A stretch of 64,000 nucleotides of DNA. It comes from Longimicrobiales bacterium (GTDB lineage: Bacteria; Gemmatimonadota; Gemmatimonadetes; Longimicrobiales; Gaopeijiaceae). This document shows positions 1-8,499 of this stretch, piece after piece; position 1 is the stretch's first letter; every line of letters begins with the position of its first letter. A model generated the notes under the pieces. It ran no database searches. It had not been told where the DNA came from and saw only the letters and a list, made by a program, of their open reading frames with translations. Location: the NCBI GenBank assembly GCA_965202985.1, contig CBDBCF010000001.1, forward strand, positions 512,001-576,000, given 5' to 3'. The position numbers and the translations under genes are program-made.

Positions 1-3000
1 TTTCGGCCGCGCGCGCGCAGGTCGTCCTCCAGGAGCTTGCGCAGCAGGTCCACGGCCAAGTTGCGCTGGGGCATGTCCCGCACCTCGGCCAGGAAGTCTT
101 CGGAGAGGATCGACACGTCGGGCTTGGGCAGGCCGGCGGCGGCGAAGATGTCGATCACGCCCTCGGGCGCCACGGCCCCGGCGATGATCTGGCGGACGGC
201 GTGGTCCAGCTCCTCGGCGGGTCGGGCCGAGCCGGGCGCGCGCTTGGCCAGGGAGTTGCGCACGGCCTGGAAGAAGGCGATGTCGGCGCGGATGCCCAGC
301 GCGTAGTCGTGGGGCACGGCCAGGGCGAACGCCTTCGACAGGGCGTCCACGGCGTCGGCCAGCCGGTCCTTGCCGTTCTCCTGGGCCAGGACGTGCTCCT
401 GGGCGGCGGGCAGGAGCGCCAGGCGCTGGGCGGGCGCGCCCTCGGCCCACGGGGACCGGTCGAAGCCGTGGAAGATGCCGCAGCACACCTCGTAGTGCTT
501 GCGCAGCGCGTCCACGGCGGCGTCCTGATCGATGGTCGGGCGCCCCTTGCCGCCGCTGCTCGCGTAGGTGGCCAGCGCCTCCCTCAGCTCGGTCGCAAGG
601 CCCAGGTAGTCCACCACCACGCCGCCGGGCTTGTCGCGGAAGACGCGGTTCACGCGGGCGATCGCCTGCATCAGGCCGTGGCCCCGCATGGGCTTGTCCA
701 CGTACATGGTGTGTAGCGACGGGGCGTCGAAGCCGGTGAGCCACATGTCGCGCACCAGCACGATGCGGAACGGGTCGGCCGGGTCGCGGAACCGCTTGGC
801 CAGCGCCTCCCGCCGCCCCTTGCTGCGGATGTGCCGCTGCCACTCCGGCGGATCGGAGGCCGAGCCCGTCATGACGACCTTGATCGCGCCCAGGCCGTCC
901 TCTTCCCCGTGCCACTTGGGGCGCTTCGCCGCGATCTTGTCGTACAGGTCCACGCAGATGCGGCGGCTCATGCACACGACCATCGCCTTGCCCTCCAGCG
1001 CTTCGCACCGCTGCTCGAAGTGCCGCACCAAGTCGTCCGCGACCAGCTCCAGTCGCTTGTCGGTCCCGACGACGGCCTCCTGCTGCGCCCAGCGCGCCCT
1101 CAGCTTCTCCTTGCGAGCGACTTCCTCGCCTTCGGTGACCTCTTCGAACCGCGGGTCGATCCGGGGCCGCTCGTCCTCGTCCAGGGCCAGCTTGACCAGC
1201 CGGCTCTCGTAGTAGATCGGCACGGTGGCGCCGTCGTCCACCGCGCGCTGGATGTCGTAGACGCTGATGTGGTCGCCGAAGACGTTCCGCGTGTTGCGGT
1301 CGGTCTGCTCGATGGGCGTCCCGGTGAAGCCGATGAACGACGCGGCCGGCAGGGCGTCCCGCATGTGCGCCGCGAAGCCGTCGATGAAGTCGTACTGGCT
1401 GCGATGGGCCTCGTCGGCGATCACCACGATGTTGCGCCGCGCCGACAGCAGCGGATGGCGGTCGCCGTGCCGCTCGGGGAAGAACTTCTGGATCGTGGTG
1501 AAGACGACCCCGCCCGCCTCCCGGTCCAGCTTCCTGCGCAGGTCCGCCCGGTCGCTGGCCTGCTCCGGCGGCTGGCGCAGCAGGTCCTGGCACCGCGAGA
1601 AGGTGGCGAAGAGCTGCTCGTCCAGGTCGTTCCGGTCGGTGAGGACGACCAGCGTCGGGTTCCTCATGGCCGGCTCGCGGACGATCCGCCCCGCGTAGAA
1701 CGCCATCGTCAGACTCTTGCCGGAACCCTGCGTGTGCCACACCACGCCGACGCGACGGTCGCCGGGGGCCGGCGGCTTCGGACCGGCGTCCAGTGCGCGA
1801 CGGTCCAGCACCTCCACCAGCTCGGCGACGATGCGGACCTGCCCTTCGTGCTCGGGCGCGAGGACGATCGGCCGGAACCGGGGGTTGCGGGGCCTCAGCA
1901 CGACGCGGGCGTGACGCCAGCCGTCGGCAGCGCCGCCTTCCGAAGCCTTCTCGCTCTCGTACCGCTTGACGGTGTAGCGCTCGCCGGTCTCCGGGTCGAT
2001 CTCGTCCCGCAGCTCGACCAGCACCGTCTTGCCCTGGCGCGTGCCCTCGACCGGCGCGGCGAAGAGGCACCACGCGCCGTCGGGGACCTGCGGCTCCATG
2101 GACTGCCCGACGACCTGGGCCACGAACATGCCCCGCCGGAGCGGGCGTCGCGGGCAAACCTTCGTCCACTCGAAGTCGTCCGCCGGAAAGCTCTGCGGGT
2201 CGCCGAACGCGCCCGCCGCGGCCTTGAGCGGAACCAGCGGGGCGGTCGTGACCCAGCGGGTTCGGGGGTCGGGCGGGACGACGACGGGGCGGAACGGCCG
2301 CACGGGCGGGGCCTCGTCCTGGGCGGCCTGCATTCGCGTTGCGCGCAAGGTCTCGCCGACGGCCACTTGAACGGCGTGATACTGGTGGTACCCCGCGATC
2401 TTCTTGGCCAGTTCCCCGCTCCCGTCGTCCTCGAAGACGACGAAGTCCCGGATCATGGCGAGCAGGTGCTCGGGCGCGCACAGCCCTTCGATCGCGACTT
2501 GAAGCTGAAGCGCCGACGGCTTGGCTTCCTTGTCCCCGGCGACGGTGCGCCACGGCTTGAACCACTCCCAGCCGCCGGTGAGCGTGCCGAACCGGGCCTC
2601 CACGCCGTCCGACACGCCCATGAACTCGTTCATGGCGAAGAGCGTCGGCAGCTCGGCCTTGTAGGTCTGGAGCTGGCGCCAGGCAGTGTGGACCGTGGCG
2701 TCGGGGTCGCTGGGGTGCTTGAGCTCGATCACGCCCAGCGGGAGCCCGTTGACGAACAGCACGATGTCCAGGCGACGCGTGTGCTTGCCCTCGACGACGG
2801 TGAACTGGTTGACGGCCAGCCAGTCGTTGCTGGCCGGGTGGTCGAAGTCGAGGACTCGGGCGTGGTGGCCGCGGATTCGGCCGGATGCGTCGCGGTACTC
2901 GACGGGGATGCCGTCGATCAGCATCCGGTGAAAGGCGCGGTTCCGGGCGTCGAGGGTGGGGCCGGCGGGGTGGATGAGCTTGCGGAGGGCGTCTTCGTGG

Positions 3001-3209
3001 GCTTTGCTGGGGAGGTCCGGGTTGAGGTGGGAGATAGCGGCCTGAAGGCGGGACCCCAAGACGACATCGCTGTGATCCGAGCGCTCCGACATGGAACCAC
3101 CGGGGGCGATGTCGGGCCCCTCGGCGATCGCCCAGCCGGAGTGGCCGAGCCACTCGAGTGCGACATGCTCAATATCGGATTCGTCGATCAAGAACACCCT
3201 TCCCGCCAC
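1..3209 (-). CDS. hsdR: Type I restriction endonuclease subunit R with an inserted S24 peptidase domain (3' end runs off the window)
   Basis: Hand translation of segments (start, 1681-2420, window edge) gives one consistent frame; absent from the ORF track because there is no stop in the window. N-term [14 protein letters not shown]; nuclease motif [18 protein letters not shown] (~2720-2770); [12 protein letters not shown]; Walker [10 protein letters not shown] (1713-1739); [10 protein letters not shown] (~1395-1420); C-term [15 protein letters not shown]. Start is GTG 3209 or TTG 3191. Confidence 0.95.
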   Translation of the reverse strand, partial: MAGRVFLIDESDIEHVALEWLGHSGWAIAEGPDIAPGGSMSERSDHSDVVLGSRLQAAISHLNPDLPSKAHEDALRKLIHPAGPTLDARNRAFHRMLIDGIPVEYRDASGRIRGHHARVLDFDHPASNDWLAVNQFTVVEGKHTRRLDIVLFVNGLPLGVIELKHPSDPDATVHTAWRQLQTYKAELPTLFAMNEFMGVSDGVEARFGTLTGGWEWFKPWRTVAGDKEAKPSALQLQVAIEGLCAPEHLLAMIRDFVVFEDDGSGELAKKIAGYHQYHAVQVAVGETLRATRMQAAQDEAPPVRPFRPVVVPPDPRTRWVTTAPLVPLKAAAGAFGDPQSFPADDFEWTKVCPRRPLRRGMFVAQVVGQSMEPQVPDGAWCLFAAPVEGTRQGKTVLVELRDEIDPETGERYTVKRYESEKASEGGAADGWRHARVVLRPRNPRFRPIVLAPEHEGQVRIVAELVEVLDRRALDAGPKPPAPGDRRVGVVWHTQGSGKSLTMAFYAGRIVREPAMRNPTLVVLTDRNDLDEQLFATFSRCQDLLRQPPEQASDRADLRRKLDREAGGVVFTTIQKFFPERHGDRHPLLSARRNIVVIADEAHRSQYDFIDGFAAHMRDALPAASFIGFTGTPIEQTDRNTRNVFGDHISVYDIQRAVDDGATVPIYYESRLVKLALDEDERPRIDPRFEEVTEGEEVARKEKLRARWAQQEAVVGTDKRLELVADDLVRHFEQRCEALEGKAMVVCMSRRICVDLYDKIAAKRPKWHGEEDGLGAIKVVMTGSASDPPEWQRHIRSKGRREALAKRFRDPADPFRIVLVRDMWLTGFDAPSLHTMYVDKPMRGHGLMQAIARVNRVFRDKPGGVVVDYLGLATELREALATYASSGGKGRPTIDQDAAVDALRKHYEVCCGIFHGFDRSPWAEGAPAQRLALLPAAQEHVLAQENGKDRLADAVDALSKAFALAVPHDYALGIRADIAFFQAVRNSLAKRAPGSARPAEELDHAVRQIIAGAVAPEGVIDIFAAAGLPKPDVSILSEDFLAEVRDMPQRNLAVDLLRKLLEDDLRARGR
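1806..2300 (-). other. S24 (LexA/cI/UmuD-like) serine-lysine peptidase domain inside HsdR
   Basis: In frame: [14 protein letters not shown] (Ala-Gly 2211-2216) ... [23 protein letters not shown] (Ser 2100-2102) ... YTVKRY (Lys 1965-1967) ... [14 protein letters not shown] ... [11 protein letters not shown]. Confidence 0.88.
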
Positions 3210-3440
3210 GGAAAGCAAGGCGTTGGCTTACGATCTGGCAATCTAGCCGGATGTCCAATTGGGAACCACTGGCGTCCCCTCAGGATCACCCGGTACCCTT
3301 CGCTCCCCTGCCACCGCAGGAAACATCCGCTTCAACTGCGAACCACGGTTGACCGAATCGCCATGTCCTGCCACCGTTAACGACCATCACGGGCTTGCCG
3401 CCCGAGAATCTCTCAATACCGTACCCCAGGACCTACGAGC

Positions 3441-4943
3441 ATGCCTACCACCACTTCCCCTACCACACCCGAGCCCCGATCCCACCGACGATGGCAGGAC
3501 TACGAGCAAGAAGTATACGAGGCCCTTCGTAGGTGCTACCCGGATGCCGACATCGTCCGCGACGCAAAGATACTAGGACGTAATTCCAAGAGAAAGCGCC
3601 AAGTGGATGTACTCATCCGAAGCAATGTCGCTGGCTTCTCAATCACCATCGCCGTCGAAGCTAAGTGTCTGTCTCGAAAGATTCATGTCAAAGACGTGGA
3701 GTCGTTCGAAGGAATGATGAGAGATATTGGTGCCGAACACGGGCTACTGATAACTGAGGCAGGATTTTCTCAGGCAGCCATCGACCGTGCCCGAAATGGC
3801 GACTTGAAACTTGAGCTCGATATTCTGAGCATCGCAGAACTGACAAGCTACCAAGCAGAACACGGGCTTCCGTATTCCGGCAAATACGGTGTCAGCCTGT
3901 TTCCGCCCTTCGGATGGGTCGTTGATATTCGTCAGGTACTGCCATGTTGTGCTACTCTGTACCCGCGAGGCATGACCTTGGAAAAAGCTCAGGAAAAGAA
4001 ATCGTGGATGTACGTAAATTTTTGGCATACGACCGATGATCCTATCTCTTCGCTCACTGCGTTAGTGGAACAACAAAACCGCGAAATGACATTGTCGTAT
4101 AATGGCCTGCAGGTGTCAACTCACGAGTCGCCGCCCATGAGAAGCGATGGCATGAAGACTCACATACGAGTTGCTACCTGGCATGATTTGGATGGCAGCG
4201 AGGTTACGGGGTTTGTAGAGTTCGACGGCTTCATCTTCTACGCGGTATTGTTTACCAATGACGACTTTGTAGACAGAAACACCGCCAAACTTGCATACAT
4301 GCTGGCACATGTCCAGCCACTTACAATCGATTTCGACAACACAGAATTGATTGCCGCTCTCGCAGAACAAGCCGAGACGGAAGACGACATGGTCGCCAAG
4401 GCAACCTGCCATTACCGACTATCGTGGTTGTATCATCAAATGGATGATAGGGAAAACGCACTGAAGCACAGGAGGCTTTGTTGGCATTACAATCCAGAAC
4501 ATTATGGAAACATCGTCCCGCTGATCAAAGATGAACTGGAGACTGGTCATCTCATGAACGCCGAAAAGTGTGCGCTCGATTTCGTTTCTCGAGCACCAAC
4601 GAATCCAACAGTAATGCAAGACCTGCTACACGCTTACTGCTCACGTGACAGTTTTATAGACAGTTTTCACAAACTTGTCAGTAAGCTGATGGCCCGGCAT
4701 CGCGGTGAAGCGCTTGCGAATGTACTCTACCATTATGGAATCTATTTTGCAAACGAAGGCGATATGAAGAATTTCCGACAATACTTGACACAGGCGCGAG
4801 ATCTGTTTATCGATTGCAACGTCCATCCCGAAGTCGTGCAGCACATTGACGAGCTATTGCGGACCGTTCCGGGAATTTTTCGAGGAGAAAAAGGACCCTA
4901 CTTGAATTTTGTGAAAAACGTGGGCCCTCCTTATCCCGAGTAA
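3441..4943 (+). CDS. Mrr-like PD-(D/E)XK endonuclease fused to a middle domain and C-terminal TPR-like repeats
   Basis: WQDYEQEV...RQVDVLI...IAVEAKCLSRKIHVKDVESF...GLLITEAGFSQAA is an Mrr_cat-like pattern; helical repeats such as CHYRLSWLYHQMDDRENALKH and LYHYGIYFANEGDMKNFRQYL; GC clearly lower than the flanks. Confidence 0.75.
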   Translation: MPTTTSPTTPEPRSHRRWQDYEQEVYEALRRCYPDADIVRDAKILGRNSKRKRQVDVLIRSNVAGFSITIAVEAKCLSRKIHVKDVESFEGMMRDIGAEHGLLITEAGFSQAAIDRARNGDLKLELDILSIAELTSYQAEHGLPYSGKYGVSLFPPFGWVVDIRQVLPCCATLYPRGMTLEKAQEKKSWMYVNFWHTTDDPISSLTALVEQQNREMTLSYNGLQVSTHESPPMRSDGMKTHIRVATWHDLDGSEVTGFVEFDGFIFYAVLFTNDDFVDRNTAKLAYMLAHVQPLTIDFDNTELIAALAEQAETEDDMVAKATCHYRLSWLYHQMDDRENALKHRRLCWHYNPEHYGNIVPLIKDELETGHLMNAEKCALDFVSRAPTNPTVMQDLLHAYCSRDSFIDSFHKLVSKLMARHRGEALANVLYHYGIYFANEGDMKNFRQYLTQARDLFIDCNVHPEVVQHIDELLRTVPGIFRGEKGPYLNFVKNVGPPYPE

Positions 4944-5152
4944 TCTGCCATGGGAAAGAGGGACTCCAATTGTCGAGCGACAACCAAGGTGAGACGGTAG
5001 CGACAACCAAGATGAGACTGTCGGAGGCGGCCGTGATCTGATGTCGAGGGGTTCGGACGCGGGCTTGGTCCTGTCGTTCGACGGCGGGCCGTCGGTGATC
5101 GTGGAACGAGGTCCAGCTAGTTCAGTGTCTTCCCGAACGAGGAGGAGCGCTG

Positions 5153-6799
5153 ATGGCGGGCCGGCACGTGAACGATGGCCAGGCGAGGCAGTACATGAGG
5201 CGCCGGAAGAACGGTCGTGCGGTGGAGACGGCGGCGGCGAAGGCGGGGTTCGGCAGGGCGACGGGGTACAGGCTGGAGGCGGACGCTCGACTGCCGTCGG
5301 CGAAGCGGAAGCGGCGGGGCAGCAGGCGGCCGGACCCGTTGGGCGGGCTGTTCGAGCGCGTGGCGCTGCCGCTGCTCGAGCGGAACCCGGGTTTGCGGGC
5401 AGTGGCGGTCTTCGAGGAGTTGCGGAGGCTGCATCCCGAGCTGCCGGCGGGCACGCGGCGGACGGTCGAGCGGCGTGTGCGGGAGTGGAAGGCGCTGCAC
5501 GGTCCGGAGCGGGAGGTGGTGTTCGCGCAGAAGCACCGTCCGGGTCGTCGGGGCTACTCGGACTTCACCGCCATGGCGAAGCTGGGGGTGACGGTGGCGG
5601 GCGAGCCGCTGCGGCATCTGCTGTATCGGTTCCGGCTGCCGTACTCGGGCTTCGAGCACGCTCGCGTGGTGCTGGGCGGCGAGAGCTGGACGGCGCTGGC
5701 GGAGGGGTTGCAGGAGGCGCTGTGGGCGCTGGGCGGCGCGCCGGCCGAGCATCGGACGGACAGCTTGTCGGCAGCGTTCGAGAACCTGTCGAAGGAAGCG
5801 GCGGAAGACCAGACGCGCAGCTACGAGACGCTGTGCGCCCACTACGGGATGACGCCGACGCGCAACAACCGGGGCCGGGCGCACGAGAACGGGGTGGTCG
5901 AGAGCAGCCACGGCCACTTCAAGCGGGCACTGGCCGACGCGCTGATGCTGCGGGGCTCGAGGGAGTTCGAGTCGGTGGAGGCGTACCGCGCTTTCGTGGG
6001 CGGCGTGGTCGCTCGCCGCAACGCGCGCCGGAGCGCGGAGCGGGTCGAGAAGGAAGCCAAGGCGCTGCGGCCGCTGCCGGGCGAGCGGGTGCAGGACTGT
6101 CGCGAGACGCGGGTGCGGGTCACGCGGTCGGGCGGCTTCACGCTGGGCAAGGTGTTCTACACGCTGCCGTCGCGCATGATCGGCCACGTGCTGACGGCGC
6201 GCGTCTACGACGACCGCATCGAGCTGTATTTGGGCGCGAAGCGCTGCGACGTGCTGCCCCGCGTGCGGCCGGGCAAGGGCAAGCGGGCGCGCAACGTCAA
6301 CTACCGCCACGTGATCCGGTCGCTCCAGCGCAAGCCGATGGCGTTGAAGGACTGGGTGCACCGCGACCAGCTCTTCCCCCGCGACGCCTACCGCAGAGCC
6401 TACGACGCGGTCGTGGCCAAGCACGGCGACCGCAGAGCGTGCGCCGTCGCCGTCGCCCTGCTCGCGCTGGCCCACGAACAGGGCTGCGAGCGCGCGCTGG
6501 CCGAGCGCATCGACGACATCCTCGACGCCGGCGGCATCCCCGACCCCAAGGCGCTCGCACGCGAGTTCGCACCGCCCGAGCCCGGCGTCCTCGACATCGC
6601 GCCTCGTGTGCGCGAAGGTTCGCTGGACCGCTACGACGGCCTCTTCGGCGTCCGCAACGGCGACGGCCCCGCCGAAGGACCGGCCCCCGACGGCGCCCGC
6701 CGCATGGAAGGAGACGCTCGACGAGCCCCAAGCAGCCCTTCGTCGTGGACGACGCCGAGGTGGACCGCATGCTCAAGGAACTGCGCATGCCCACCATGA
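5153..6799 (+). CDS. istA: IS21-family transposase IstA
   Basis: HTH N-term; DDE core GYSDFT...HRTDSLSAAF...AHENGVVESSHGHFKR; the last ~25 codons look like read-through beyond an ancestral stop at 6722-6724. Confidence 0.9.
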   Translation: MAGRHVNDGQARQYMRRRKNGRAVETAAAKAGFGRATGYRLEADARLPSAKRKRRGSRRPDPLGGLFERVALPLLERNPGLRAVAVFEELRRLHPELPAGTRRTVERRVREWKALHGPEREVVFAQKHRPGRRGYSDFTAMAKLGVTVAGEPLRHLLYRFRLPYSGFEHARVVLGGESWTALAEGLQEALWALGGAPAEHRTDSLSAAFENLSKEAAEDQTRSYETLCAHYGMTPTRNNRGRAHENGVVESSHGHFKRALADALMLRGSREFESVEAYRAFVGGVVARRNARRSAERVEKEAKALRPLPGERVQDCRETRVRVTRSGGFTLGKVFYTLPSRMIGHVLTARVYDDRIELYLGAKRCDVLPRVRPGKGKRARNVNYRHVIRSLQRKPMALKDWVHRDQLFPRDAYRRAYDAVVAKHGDRRACAVAVALLALAHEQGCERALAERIDDILDAGGIPDPKALAREFAPPEPGVLDIAPRVREGSLDRYDGLFGVRNGDGPAEGPAPDGARRMEGDARRAPSSPSSWTTPRWTACSRNCACPP

Positions 6800-7091
6800 A
6801 GGACATGTGGCGGCCGTTCGCCGACCGGGCACAGCGCGAAGGCTGGTCCCACGACCGCTACCTCGCCCAGCTGGCCGAACAGGAACTCGCCGACCGGGCG
6901 CGCCGACGCTTCGAGCGCCACCGCGCCGAGGCCAAGCTGCCCCCCGGCAAGTCGCTCGACAACTTCGACTTCGGCCGCCTGCCCGGACTGTCCGAACGCC
7001 TGGTCCGCGTCCTCGCCAACGGAGGCGACTGGATCGACGACGGCCACAACGTCGTCGTCCTCGGCCCGCCCGGCACCGGCAAGAGCCATGC
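6721..7091 (+). pseudogene. istB: IstB ATPase, 5' fragment
   Basis: LKELRMPTM...EGWSHDRYLAQLAEQE...AKLPPGKSLDNFDF...NVVVLGPPGTGKSH, cut right after Walker A; expected start reads ACG. Confidence 0.85.
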
Positions 7092-7540
7092 GGGCGGTCG
7101 TCGTGGGCGACCACCGCGGCGCGGGCGATCGGCTGCTGGAGAATCGGGAGTTCCAGCGGTCAGCGCGCATTGGGGCTTCCGCATCCGGGCGTGCAGAGCA
7201 GGTCGGGCGAAGACGAAGGGAAGGTCGAGCGGCCGATCAGCTACGTCCGCAGCAGCTTCTTCTACGGTCGGGAGTTCGTCTCCGACGACGATCTGAACGC
7301 TCGTGCTCGCCGCTGGCTCGACACGGTGGCCAACGTTCGCGTTCACGGCACGTTGAAGCAGCGTCCGTGGTCCGCTTCGAGGACGAGCGGGGCCGGCTCC
7401 TGCCGTTGGCGGGGCGGCCCTACCGCTTGGTCGTCCCGGTCGCGGCTCGGCAGGCGGCGCCGGAGTCGGGCGGTCGCGTCGTGGCGGTGGAGCGGCGGTC
7501 TCTGGCCGAGTACGCCAAGATCGCGGAGGCGTCGTCGTGA
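7088..7540 (+). pseudogene. istA: 3' fragment of a second, different IS21 istA (frameshifted)
   Basis: Pieces across frames: MRAVVVGDH...ENREFQR / AHWGFRIRACRAGRAKTKG / KVERPISYVRSSFFYGREF...WLDTVANVRVHGT / VERRSLAEYA. Confidence 0.8.
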
Positions 7541-7910
7541 AGGCGGTGTCGCGCAGAGACCGGATCGCGGAGATGCTGGCGGACTTGAAGATGCCGGGCG
7601 CGCTCGAAGCGCTTGCCGACATGTTGGCCCGCGTCGACGGTGGCGCTGCGACAGCGGCCGAAGCGATCGAGGAGCTGCTGGCGGTGCAGACCGTGTTGCG
7701 CAACAGCCGTCGGCTGGCCACGGTGATACGGTCGAGCCGTACGGCACGCTGTCCGATCTCGTCGAGTCGCTCGACGAAGCTCAGGCCGCCGGCCGCCTCA
7801 AATAGCGGCTCAAGACGCTGACGCACCCGTCGTTGCTGGTGGTCGACGAGATCGGCTTACTTGCCGGTGAGCCGGAGCGCAGCGACGCTGCTCTTCCCAG
7901 CTGATCATGC
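7537..7910 (+). pseudogene. istB: Second istB relic with internal deletion, stop and frameshifts
   Basis: MLADLKMPGALEAL...EELLAVQ...RRL joined to TLSDLVESLDEAQAAGRLK*RLKTLTHPSLLVVDEIG (Walker B); Walker A region absent. Confidence 0.8.
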
Positions 7911-8007
7911 TAGCGCTCCACGTCGTGGAACCTCCGGCCGCTGGCGTCGTTCGCGAACATCACGCCCTCGAATCGCCCGCCCATGAAGTCCGGCCGCCTG
8001 CCTGGCG

Positions 8008-8036
8008 TTGACAATGGTGCTCGATGACGCCACCTT
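8008..8036 (+). promoter_or_regulatory. Putative sigma70 promoter of the DUF2513-like gene
   Basis: TTGACA (8008-8013), 17 nt spacer, CACCTT (8031-8036, weak -10), 45 nt upstream of ATG 8082. Confidence 0.35.
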
Positions 8037-8081
8037 CCGTGACCCACCATCGATGTCGTCTCAGAAACGAGGGCTAGGTTC

Positions 8082-8499
8082 ATGGTCGCGAAGCGGCGAG
8101 AAGACGCTCCTGACATCCACGATCAGTACAGAGCACCCATGATCGCCCTGTGCGATGTAGCCGAGTATGAATTTCCCATCAGCTCCTATGAGACCCATCA
8201 GCTCCTATGAGATTCGAGAACTGGTCTCTCTTTATGAATACGAAGTCGCGTACCGCTGTGCAGAACTCGAGGATAAAGGATACTTAGTAACTAGCGAGAT
8301 CCAGTCGTCATTGTCGCAGGACGTTTCGCCGACGATTGTCGTCAAGCGCATTACAAGCTATGGACGGGACTACGTTCTCGTCGTGTCAAACCCGAAACGA
8401 TGGCCGAAAGTTAAGAAATGGATGGCCAGCTACGGTCTTCCTGCTGGTCAGGTATTTTCCAACCTAATCTTCAAACTGTTTGAATCAGCTAACAGATAG
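8082..8499 (+). pseudogene. DUF2513-like winged-helix protein, frameshifted by a 19-bp tandem duplication
   Basis: Removing one copy of CCCATCAGCTCCTATGAGA joins MVAKRREDAPD...EYEFPISSYE to IRELVSLYEYEVAYRCAELEDKGYL...RITSYGRDYV...RWPKVKKW; family call from the C-terminal pattern only. Confidence 0.6.
8175..8212. repeat. Perfect 19-bp tandem duplication
   Basis: CCCATCAGCTCCTATGAGA at 8175-8193 and 8194-8212. Confidence 0.97.

Larger units (their letters stand above)
4971..7091 (+). mobile_element. IS21-family element, left end + istA + 5' istB, truncated
   Basis: Begins TG at 4971, followed by two tandem copies of GCGACAACCAAG(G/A)TGAGAC, the repeated-end architecture of IS21; no right end seen. 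Confidence 0.85.

Noticed and set aside
1764..2339. HsdR insertion as an intein
   Set aside because: No N-terminal Cys/Ser block, no His-Asn C-terminus, no LAGLIDADG motif; the motifs are S24-type.
831..3380. 849-aa plus-strand ORF and other plus-strand ORFs over 37-3380
   Set aside because: Antisense shadows of hsdR; no motifs, while the minus frame has all HsdR motifs.
5041..7296. 751-aa ORF as one protein
   Set aside because: Off-frame GC-rich run over istA; only the part from 6721 is real (istB fragment).
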